The notes under the pieces were generated by a model. That model did not search any database, was not told the origin of the DNA, and saw nothing but the letters and a program-made list of their open reading frames with translations. A stretch of DNA of 63,283 bases, counting the filler, from Octopus bimaculoides (Eukaryota), in NCBI RefSeq assembly GCF_001194135.2. It is 5 parts of 5 records of this genome, joined end to end, with 100 filler letters (N's around TTAATTAATTAA, not from the genome) between each part and the next. Parts side by side here need not be neighbours in the genome. Positions count along the whole stretch, not along the records: positions 48,990 to 57,377 come from NC_068987.1; positions 57,478 to 60,664 come from NC_068985.1; positions 60,765 to 63,283 come from NW_026363412.1; 2 more parts are not named here. The stretch is one strand, 5' to 3'. The position numbers and the translations under genes are program-made. How positions within the stretch are numbered: the stretch's first letter is position 1; every line of letters starts with the position of its first letter. Below, piece by piece: positions 52,391-63,283 of this stretch.

Positions 52391-53368
52391 AACAACAAAC
52401 AAGATGAGGACAAATATCCGTCAAATGTAAATAATGTAAGCTGAAGGCAGTTATTAAACCAGAATGCATACAAATACCGAACGAAATGTTTCTTGATGTC
52501 TGCAATTCCATTGCTTCGCGTTGTCAGCAGCGCCTAAACCAAAATGGTTATCAGTCTGAAAGCAAGAATTCATGAAACAATGAAATTTTGTCTGTTGATT
52601 CTATTAAATTTTGAAAATGAAATGTATTTTAAGAAACACTTACTTAAATTATTCGCTGTGTATATACATTCTTTTGTGTATACAGAACGCGTATATCTAT
52701 ACAAGTTTGTGTATATTCCTGCATACTTGTGCATGTGTGTGCGCGTGCGTGCGTGTACATATATGCAGGTGTGAATGATATAACAGTGCACGCACACACA
52801 CACACACACACACAACACACACACATACACACAAACATATATATACACACAACACACACAGACATATATATACACACAAAACATACACATAAGCACGCAC
52901 ATACACACACACATACATATATATATACTCACAACACATGCACACACACACATACACACGCACACACACATACACATACACACGCATACACACACATATA
53001 CACAAAGTGAAGGCTGCGGTCTGATGGATAGAGTGTGCAGCTCACAATCTGGATCTCGTGAGTTCAATTCTAGAACTGAGCGGTATGATGTGTCCTTGAG
53101 TAAGGCACTTCATTTTACTCTGCTACAGCCTACGCAGATATAAATTCCCTCAAGCGATTTCCTCTCTCCAGCTGTCACATCCTGGAGGTGCTACAAGCAG
53201 GGAAAGGGAGCGGAGATTCAAGAGAATATTTCTATGTGACTACACAAGCAACTACAACAATTAACAAAAGCCTGGACATATTACCAAGGCATTCTCGCTC
53301 GCGAGTGACGGCTGTCTGTATTACATACACAAACACACATATAGATATTGATATACATACACACACAC

Positions 53369-53439
<71 letters not shown>

Positions 53440-54342
53440 ATTTTATAATAAACAAGAATCAACATACCACGATGTTGCTTATTTTTTGGTAGTTTTTGAC
53501 TTATTTAGTCTCTCGAAGCGTGAGGCATTACTACACAGTTAATGCCCTTTATATAAATTATATATATTTATGGAAAAAAAATGATGAATTTTTTTTCATT
53601 ATGAGGTTTTTTCACGCTGACTACTTGATAAATTCTTATAAAGATTTTATCCTATATTATATTATAAATAATTAGAATATATTCAGTGCTGAATATTATT
53701 CTGTATAAGCACATGTTACTGAGATGCACCGGATAAATTCAAATCTCTTTCACGGATATATAATTATGAACAGAGGTCATCGTACTGTGTTGGGAACATC
53801 GTGGTATGTTGATTCTTGTTTATTTTTATGTATCTCGACCATNNNNNNNNNNNNNNNNNNNNNNNNNNNNNNNNNNNNNNNNNNNNNNNNNNNNNNNNNN
53901 NNNNNNNNNNNNNNNNNNNNNNNNNNNNNNNNNNNNNNNNNNNNNNNNNNNNNNNNNNNNNNNNNNNNNNNNNNNNNNNNNNNNNNNNNNNNNNNNNNNN
54001 NNNNNNNNNNNNNNNNNNNNNNNNNNNNNNNNNNNNNNNNNNNNNNNNNNNNNNNNNNNNNNNNNNNNNNNNNNNNNNNNNNNNNNNNNNNNNNNNNNNN
54101 NNNNNNNNNNNNNNNNNNNNNNNNNNNNNNNNNNNNNNNNNNNNNNNNNNNNNNNNNNNNNNNNNNNNNNNNNNNNNNNNNNNNNNNNNNNNNNNNNNNN
54201 NNNNNNNNNNNNNNNNNNNNNNNNNNNNNNNNNNNNNNNNNNNNNNNNNNNNNNNNNNNNNNNNNNNNNNNNNNNNNNNNNNNNNNNNNNNNNNNNNNNN
54301 NNNNNNNNNNNNNNNNNNNNNNNNNNNNNNNNNNNNNNNNNN

Positions 54343-54379
<37 letters not shown>

Positions 54380-54854
54380 CACGAGCATGCGCATCACTGA
54401 CAGAGTGTCTGCAATGCCAGTGCAAGGGTTTAAAATCGAGTGCGGTTTGCACAACACCACAACGACTCCCACTAGCAATATCAAGACTTCCAGAGATAAG
54501 CAAAATACAGGATATCCGTCTCCAGTAGAGCAGTGGGTTTTGTGTGCATGTTAGCCCTTTCCTAGAAGGACACCTTAACAAAGACCAGGGGTCCCTCATT
54601 TCCAGTGGCCTTACTGCGCTCTTGGTGCATTACCGGCAACACACGCAGGGGCGGTAACATTACCGACACAAGCACCACCTCCAGCGGCACCAACACCAGC
54701 AGCCCCAGCTCCAAACATCATCAGCATCGGCAGCATCAACAGAAGCAGCAACAGCAACATCGGTGACAGCAACGACATCAGCAGCTACAACAACAACAAC
54801 AACAGCAGCAGCAGCAGTAGCAACATCAACAATAATAGGTACAGCACCGACAGC

Positions 54855-54935
54855 GTACGTCCACGGAAATACATTGGTTGTACTGGAAATTCTTTCAAGA
54901 AACGCGTTTCCAACCATAAATCCTCATACCACTCC
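54855..54935 (+). mobile_element. Penelope-like GIY-YIG endonuclease fragment
   Basis: VRPRKYIGCTGNSFKKRVSNHKSSY matches the YIG.T...FK.R..NHK.SF motif of Penelope endonucleases. Confidence 0.6.
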
Positions 54936-56450
54936 CGCTTCTTCTTATTCTGTCGTTCAAATTTTGTCCATCCGCTAAGTTAAGGGAACGTAAACAAACC
55001 AACACCGGTTATCAAGCAGTAGGATAACAAACACACACACACATGACGGGCTGCGTATATACTCAGTTTCCATTTGCCAAATTCACTCACAAGGCATTTG
55101 TTGCCCCGGGGCTATCGTAGAAGACACTTGCTCAAGTTGTCAAGCATTAGGACTGAACCTAACTCCATGTGGTTACGAAGCAAATAGCCTTGCCTGTAGA
55201 CCCTTGTCTACGCCTTGCCCCAGAGCCTTGCCTGCGCCTTGCGACAGAGCCTTGCCTGTGCCTTATCTCAGAGTCTTGCCTGCGCTGAACAAAAAGAATT
55301 TTATTTTTTACTCTTTGAAGAAAATATGTTTAAACAGGGAATAGTCCAAAACAATAATTGGTTTCAAATTTTGGAACACGGCCAGCGATTTCGGGGGAGG
55401 GGCTATGTCGATTACATCGACTCCTGTACTCAATTGGTACTTATTTTATCGACCCCAAGAAGATGAAAGGCAAAGTCGACCTCGGCGGAATTTGAGCTCA
55501 GAACGTAAAGCCAGACGAAATACCACTAAAAATTCTTCCCGGCATGCCAAAGCCATTATTAACAGCAGGAATAACTCCGCAAATATGAACGCCTCTTAAA
55601 CTAAGTTCATTTAAAGCACACATCTTTCAATAAACTGTAATGTGTGATATAGAAGTATAAAACAAAAGGACAATACTAATGCTTCTTCTGTCACCTGTAA
55701 TTTCTCAGAACAGAATTATATCTATGAGATAATAAGTCTCATTATCATAATTAATAGTAATCGTTTTTTACTCTTTCAATCTTTATATAATTGTGCAATT
55801 ATTTTACTTCCTGTGTTTATTTTTTTAAATATATATATAACCTACGCAAAGTTTTCCTCTGAATTTAAATCCTGGGATTGTCGTCTGCTCCAGCCATGCT
55901 TGGTCTGCAGTCTAGATACATTACTAAGGTGAGAGAGAAAAAAAACCCCATCTGTTGTAGGTACACACTGCATACTTTATCGTAGTTCGTTAACTGAATT
56001 TCAATTTAATTTTCTTCAGAAAATCCATTCGTTATTCAATGTGTTCATTTAGAGGACCGTTCGTATATGAATTTCTCACTGTATTTTTTATTTTTATGAT
56101 TTTATTAATATTATCAATAAAGGCGTATTGGCGTATAAGATTAAAGACGTCTCTAAGATCTCCGGACTGGCCGTACTCTTCACAATGCTCTAGCTCTGAT
56201 GTGAGGAAGCATCCATTTCGCAAACATCCATCTCAAAATGATTATCTGATAGAATCATGCATTGTGAGTGAAATTCTCCTCTAGAACAGCTGATAAAGAC
56301 TTGGCCATCAGAAGCGAAGAAATTAAATTTCAACTCATCCGATCAAATCCAGCTCTTATTCGCAGAAGCGAACTCAAAGTAGGCACATAGGTATTTCACA
56401 ATCATGTAACGATTTTTTTTTACGTCTAACATGTCCAACGTAACAAGCCA

Positions 56451-56494
56451 GGTTCTGTAGTGTAATAGTTAGCACGCTGGATTCTGAAGCCAAC
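56451..56494 (+). pseudogene. 5' fragment of tRNA-Gln(CTG), T-arm missing
   Basis: GGTTCTGTAGTGTAATAGTTAGCACGCTGGATTCTGAAGCCAAC aligns to the metazoan tRNA-Gln 5' half (GGTTCCATGGTGTAATGGTTAGCACTCTGGACTCTGAATCCAGC) and then diverges. Confidence 0.65.
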
Positions 56495-56892
56495 TCGATA
56501 GCTGTTTCTGGGAGTTCAGAATTTTGTAATAATCTTAATGTCCATAATTTGCACTTCGACAGGGTAGTTATATGATATCGAATATTTAAATTATTGGGTT
56601 ATCAGATAAATTCTTTCATATTTTTCTACTTGGTACTTCATTGCCATATATCTGGAAAGAGGTAAAATTTATTCAAATTTCAAAAGTTGAAGAGGAAGAT
56701 TAGAGCTATAAAGAACACTACAATGAAAACATTCTTCGTGTTAATTCAAATAAAATTGGAAAGGAGTAAAATAAATAGAAAAGAAAAGAGCCCAGAAAAA
56801 AAATAAAAACAAAATCGAACGAATTTGTCTCAAAATTCAATAAAATAAACAATAATAAATCTCTGAGCGAGATGTAAACTGTAGCAGCACGA

Positions 56893-57077
56893 AATCGTTA
56901 AGTATATTTGCCACCTAAATGTGGTAGACCCATAGGGGATGATGTTACAGTTTATAGCCCCAGGAAGACATCTCCTCCAGCTGGCTAACGAGGAGATGTC
57001 TTCCTGGGGCTATAAACAACAATAACATCGTTCCCTATGGGTCTGCCACATTTAGGTGGCAAATATACTTTACGATT
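56893..57077. repeat. Near-perfect hairpin (~85-bp arms, 12-nt loop)
   Basis: AAGTATATTTGCCACCTAAATGTGG...GACATCTCCTC / CAGCTGGCTAAC / GAGGAGATGTC...CCACATTTAGGTGGCAAATATACTT. Confidence 0.92.
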
Positions 57078-57313
57078 CCCATAAAATAATTTATTCTAAA
57101 ATATCCTTACATAGCCTTCATTTTTGTGGCTTCAATGTGGCTGTCACTAATTTTAATACACTAATTAAATCTTTCCTGTTTCAACATATTTAAGAGTAAA
57201 GGCAGCTATTTTCCCATCCATTTATAGATTGGATTATTAAATAAGGCTAAATAAACAGAAATAATAAACGTTTAACTATCTGTAGCGTCTTGCCTTTAAA
57301 CTGACATTATCTG

Positions 57314-57370
<57 letters not shown>

Positions 57371-58043
57371 AAGATCGNNNNNNNNNNNNNNNNNNNNNNN
57401 NNNNNNNNNNNNNNNNNNNNNTTAATTAATTAANNNNNNNNNNNNNNNNNNNNNNNNNNNNNNNNNNNNNNNNNNNNTATATATGTATATATATATATAT
57501 GTAAGCACAAAATAAAGGTTACAAACTTTATTCAGGGATAGTAAAATGCTATGAATGTACTAGTTAGTTACCTGTACAAAGAATATTGAGCATTACATTT
57601 AATACTTAACTGCACGGTAAACTATATAAACCGTGGTTTATATATTATTTTATTTTGTTCCAGTCATTTGATTCAGGCCTTTCTGGAGCACCGCCTTTAG
57701 TCGAACCTTAAGACTTATTCTTCCGGTCTCTTTTGCCGAACCGCTAACTTACGGGGACGTAAACACACCAACTTCGGTTGTCAAGCGTTAGTGGGGGACA
57801 GATACAGACACACAAACACACACGCACACATGCAGACACATATATATAAACGACGGACCTCTTTCAGTTTCCGACTACAAAATCTACTCACAAGTCTTTG
57901 ATCGGCCCGAGGCTATAGCAGAAGTGCTTGCTCAAGGTGCCCCGCCGTAGAACTGAACCCGGAAACCTGTGGTTGGTTAGCAAGCTACTTACTACACACC
58001 CACTCCAGCGCCTACAAATATATTTATTTAATATAATAATAAA

Positions 58044-58333
58044 ATGAGAAACTAGAGAGGTAATTAATAAATTATTATTTATTAATTTAAAAAATTCACA
58101 AACAGCCCAAACAGGTGTTTCAATTCCAGACCTTCAGAAAATTAGTTAATTAAATAAAAAATTGTTTCAAAGTCGAATGAATCTCTTCAGAGGTAGATAA
58201 AGATATACAAAATAAGTGTTCAATTCCTGTATGTTGTGTAAACGGCAGCAAACCGTTAACGAAACAGCTGTAAGTGATATTTGTCAGTTTTTTTAATGAA
58301 TAAATAATAATTAATTACCTCTCTATTTTCTCA

Positions 58334-58334
<1 letters not shown>
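58044..58334. repeat. Inverted-repeat-bounded element (~75-bp imperfect arms)
   Basis: ATGAGAAACTAGAGAGGTAATTAAT... / ...ATTAATTACCTCTCTATTTTCTCAT. Confidence 0.7.
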
Positions 58335-58381
<47 letters not shown>

Positions 58382-58479
58382 GATGGAATTTCATTTAACA
58401 AAAGTGAATTGAAACATCATGCCAAACGGTTTCGTAACTTAAATCATGTAGGCAATTTATATTATTATAACTAATAAAA

Positions 58480-58790
58480 AAAATAAATTATATACACATC
58501 TGCATTGAGGCAAAGTGCAAAATTCTTTCAAAACAATGCAGAAATTAAGCTACGTCCTCATGTGAAAGAAAGTGTTAGATAAACACTAAATTCTCGACGT
58601 AACGTTTCAAGAACGCAAAGTCAATATTTAAAAGATAATGGAAAACAATAATAATATAATGAATATAAAATAATAAGACCATTGTCTTATAACTGGAAAG
58701 GAATTTTAGTAATATAAATGAAAATTACAGAAACAGAAAAGAAATATATTTAGTACTAAAAATCTAGAGAACAAAATATCGTTAAAATAG
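58480..58790 (+). mobile_element. Highly decayed Penelope-like C-terminal fragment
   Basis: Broken fragments QNSFKTMQKLSYVLM, CP....G...VI and EKKYI resemble KIFN..T.KLSYSCM / CPL.G.C....VIY / K.YIG. Confidence 0.3.
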
Positions 58791-58974
58791 AGATTAAAAA
58801 ATTGTGAAATGGAATTTCATCAAATTATTTCTGTCATTTATAACTTTATACACTCCTTACCATTTTCTCTTGTATCGGTGTGTATATTTTATATGTTTTG
58901 TAGAAAGATACATTAAGGAGCTTTTTTCATTAGTACTACCGGATTACTTGAATGCTTATATTATGTATGTATAG

Positions 58975-59041
<67 letters not shown>

Positions 59042-61659
59042 GATAAGTACCCGCCTTCCGTCTACCCACACACACATGTGTGCGTCCAAGCTATTTGCGA
59101 TGTCAGTAAATGTATAGAGACTGGAATTCTATATATTATTCACAAGGATATTCCGTTGTTATATCGCTACCACAAGTCTGCTACCAGGGAGCCCAAACCG
59201 CACTTCCGGCGCCCGGAGCAGACCGTTCTCATTTGTCAACGATATAAATATGAATGCTCTTATGTACCATGTGTCCATGTGAAAGGCTCATTCAAGGTAT
59301 AGACTGCAGTATTCTTTCTTGTAACACAACATTCACGTCAAGTTGTATTTGAGCATTGCCTTTTGGTCGTTATACTGCTTCTGTCCATATTAATTAATTA
59401 ACTACCTACTTACATTCATATATANNNNNNNNNNNNNNNNNNNNNNNNNNNNNNNNNNNNNNNNNNNNNNNNNNNNNNNNNNNNNNNNNNNNNNNNNNNN
59501 NNNNNNNNNNNNNNNNNNNNNNNNNNNNNNNNNNNNNNNNNNNNNNNNNNNNNNNNNNNNNNNNNNNNNNTATATATATATATATGTATGTATATATAAT
59601 ATACACTGTGAGTGTATCTGATGCCCGATATGCCATTCATTTAGAGAAACAGACTCGGTTAAGCAGAAAAGTAAACTGCTCCCGAGAAATTTATGATGTT
59701 TGTTTGCCTCATGGGTGGGTACTTTTGTGTTCTTCATTTTGTCGCAGGACGATGAAGGTGATATAATTATCTTGAGTACAGCTAACCATAAAATTTGGGC
59801 ATTATAGTGTTTGTATAGGAAGCAATAGAAAGTGTTTGCCGATGTTGCCGATACATATAGAATATAGGGGTGATTACTTCCCTGTTTCTAAATATAGTAA
59901 GCACACCTGCGAATGGCTGCATCTTAAAAGTTAAAGCCACGATTTTATATCACCGAAATATACAAAATTTTCAGTTTCCATGTCATAGAGCAACAGCTTG
60001 TAATTTCGACTTTCATCCAATTTTGAGTGTAATGCCTCGAAGCATACACTTACAATTTGTAGACCTATTATCGATGATATAATTACACTAACAGCTAAGT
60101 CTGGAGCAAGAAATTGTCCGTTCTGCTTTGTACAATTTTGTATGGTGACAGTGAGGCAATGTTAGTCTCCCGTTGTCCGAGAAAGACGTTTCTGCAATTT
60201 CTTGCTAAACAACCTGCGCAGATGATTTGTTTATAGTGATCAAATGTATGTGGTATACATTAGTTCAATCACGCCATCAAGTCAGCTTAAATAAAGGCCA
60301 ATCGACAAAGTTCAGATAATGAGGTATTATGAATATTTGCAACAGATGCATTCTAATCCAAATAATTTATAAACGTGGCGGCTACAAGTCTCAACGTTTA
60401 TCCTTATTTACAATGATAATAATAAAGAATGATAAACGAAAATAATTATACGCAGTAAGATCTATGATCTTTTCACTCTTATCACTCTTTGAAAAACTTC
60501 TCCACAGTAGACAAAAGAAGTATATGCAAAAGCTCTTCTCTCCTCTTCAGCAGCAACTTTCTTTCGTCCTCCGTCTTCACCACACAATATGCAATTTCCA
60601 GGAAGACCACCACGTGTGTCTATATATACACATATATATATATATATAGATAGATATATATATANNNNNNNNNNNNNNNNNNNNNNNNNNNNNNNNNNNN
60701 NNNNNNNNTTAATTAATTAANNNNNNNNNNNNNNNNNNNNNNNNNNNNNNNNNNNNNNNNNNNNCTTTTAACAATTGTGGTGGAATTGTGGGACAGAGAA
60801 GGTCACAGAGACTCTGTGACACTTGATGACTATTTAGAAGTAAACAAACCAACAAACAAATATAACAACGGCTTTGATTGGTCAACGCCATCGACAACAG
60901 AAAGATTTGTTACTGAAAGAAGCCAGTCTTTAAAATTAACTTTGAAATTGACTGGAATCGAAAGCTTAATTCTTTACTATGATATCATAATTACGTAATT
61001 AGTTAAGTTTTGGCAGTGCAAATTGAATTAAGTGCTTTTTTTTGTTTGGTGGTGGGTTTGTTATTCCACTGGAGAAAATAAAACCAACATTTAATGAATG
61101 AAATCGAGTGATATTTATTTAAACAATGTGGGCAGAAATTTTTCATTTACGGTTCAATGGAGAACTGAAGTATTTCTGGAATGCTGAAGGTCTGGATAGC
61201 GATTTGTGGAAATTCCTTTCTTAACGTGTGTGACTGTAGGGATATATGTGCATCTGTGCGAGTGTACACACACACACACACACACACGCACATACACACA
61301 CATTTCGTGTTACGCTAAAAAGTGGTTCACGGTACCAGAATTTTCTACAACGAACTACACTGAATCGTTGTTAGTGTATCCGCACCCGGTCTACACTTCA
61401 CCTTTGCGGATACTTTAATACCAATCTGGGGCTTATTATATTTGGACTGAGTCGAAAATTCTGGTATAGTGCACTGCTCTTTTTAGTGTAACATGATATT
61501 ACGATGAACGTAAACAAACAAATGAAGTTTGCTTTTAGAAGCGTTAAGATGTCTTAGAAAGTTAAAGAAGTGATTTTAAATTCTCAAACGCAGGATAATG
61601 CTAATAATATAGCCTGAACAGGATAAGCTACTCCTATTTTGCAGAAAAAAGTGTAGGCG

Positions 61660-61699
<40 letters not shown>

Positions 61700-62753
61700 N
61701 NNNNNNNNNNNNNNNNNNNNNNNNNNNNNNNNNNNNNNNNNNNNNNNNNNNNNNNNNNNNNNNNNNNNNNNNNNNNNNNNNNNNNNNNNNNNNNNNNNNN
61801 NNNNNNNNNNNNNNNNNNNNNNNNNNNNNNNNNNNNNNNNNNNNNNNNNNNNNNNNNNNNNNNNNNNNNNNNNNNNNNNNNNNNNNNNNNNNNNNNNNNN
61901 NNNNNNNNNNNNNNNNNNNNNNNNNNNNNNNNNNNNNNNNNNNNNNNNNNNNNNNNNNNNNNTGAGAAACGTGGTTATGGTTATTTAGAATAGTAGGGTA
62001 AAAAATTGGATATTAATTAATATCAGTTTAATACCAGAAAAGTAAGACTTTTGAATATTACTCTATATTACTCTATATTACTCTATATAATCGTTGGGAA
62101 CAACTAGTATACGATTCTGGGAATTATATCTCTATGGCAGTCCGTACTGAGGAGAAACAGATATTTTCGGTAAGAAAGTATCGATTTCGAAACCATGGTC
62201 TACGGATAACCTTATATTTATTTCTATAATTTTCATTAGTCTCGCCCGTATGTTTTTGCATCGCTAAATTTTATCTTTGAGAACTTTTCGGTGATATTCT
62301 TCTAGCACATTAGCAGTCCACTTAGTGGTCTCTTTTAGACTGTCCTTTAAGTAAACATCGCACAGAGTAATCTGGATACGATATGATATATATCCACCAT
62401 TGCAACTATAATTATCACTGGAAAATACCCACACGGATTCTATACATGGATGTTTATTGTTGGAATGGAACTATACTACAAGTACTTTTTCTTCTTTGTT
62501 TTTTCTTCTCCGCATCGCTCTCATTTCTTACCGCAAATCTCCTCATATAGATGTAATAATCCATTCTTCTACTATTACCGTCTCCGATGGATACATTGAA
62601 TTTTCCCTGAAACAGCTGTTAAGACATTCTACATAAAATATAAATTTATTTATGCCATTGGTCTCTTTATCTCATTCTTTTTTTTATATATGTATGTATA
62701 TATGTATATATGTATGCATATTTGTATGCATATATACACACACATAAACATAG

Positions 62754-62791
<38 letters not shown>

Positions 62792-63283
62792 GTTTGTCTG
62801 TGTTTATATGTATGCATGTATGTATGTATGTGTGTGTATGTATGTATAGTTATGCATACATAGATATATGCCTATGGGCCTATATATATGTACATATCTG
62901 TNNNNNNNNNNNNNNNNNNNNNNNNNNNNNNNNNNNNNNNNNNNNNNNNNNNNNNNNNNNAGTGAATGTATATCTGTGTCTGGCTGTATGTGTACGTGTG
63001 TGTTTGTGTGTACGTGTACGTATGTGTTTGCTGCCTCATCAAACACCGAGATTTCGGAACCACTCTTCTCTTCCCGTTTTCCTCCTTCACCTGCTCACCT
63101 ACCTCTTCCTTCCTCCTTCTCATCAACATCGCCATCTCTACCGTCGACGCCGTTCTCATTATCATCATCATCATCCTCGTCATCATCATCATCACAATCA
63201 TCATCTCAACCATAGAGACACAACCACCTCCGCATTCGCCTCCCCCACACCAACAGACGCAATATATTATATATATACATATA

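Larger units (their letters stand above)
51951..52440. mobile_element. Palindromic non-autonomous retroelement (tRNA-like head + (AAT)n + hammerhead), Penelope/retrozyme-like
   Basis: Outer inverted arms 51985-52102 and 52320-52437, plus inner head-to-head tRNA-like arms. CTGAA occurs on both flanks (51946-51950, 52441-52445) as a candidate target-site duplication. The insertion splits a Tc1/mariner transposase remnant. Confidence 0.75.
51660..52570 (+). mobile_element. Second rosa-like Tc1/mariner transposase remnant, split by the hammerhead element
   Basis: FYFQ*DG / HNHNDVRVYLDEILSNRWIGRKGSVEYSPDLIP on the left of the insertion; LKAVIKPECIQIPNEMFLDVCNSIASRCQQ on the right. Confidence 0.7.

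Noticed and set aside
54660-54850. CAG/ACA-rich tract as a polyQ/polyS coding exon
   Set aside because: Mixed trinucleotide low-complexity DNA with no splice support; only the adjacent GIY-YIG-like fragment is recognisable.
59185-59225. GC-rich ACTTCCGGCGCCCGG (ETS-like site) as a promoter
   Set aside because: A single short motif with no linked exon or CpG-rich region; expected by chance.

Overview
AT-rich, microsatellite- and gap-rich animal genomic DNA, most likely a cephalopod (Octopus-like). This is inferred from the repeat families and intron style, not from a database search. One host gene is supported: a minus-strand, intron-split myosin motor domain. Ten exons (25860 down to 8484) splice with GT-AG sites and consistent phases into a 449-aa open frame. 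It resembles class III motors, but no kinase exons were recognised, an ATG lies just before the motor, and the nucleotide motifs are non-canonical (P-loop [10 protein letters not shown], switch II DMSGFE). This fits the myosin-motor/chitin-synthase fusion genes of molluscs; any synthase exons would lie beyond position 1. The rest is intron or intergenic DNA with several tRNA-derived SINE families, LINE fragments (RTE, R4/Dong, CR1-like), an ORF1-only retroelement, Tc1/mariner remnants, Penelope GIY-YIG remnants and several long fold-back repeats. The most unusual non-coding feature is a ~490-bp palindromic insertion (51951-52440) that joins a tRNA-like Pol III head to a minimal type I hammerhead ribozyme in both arms.
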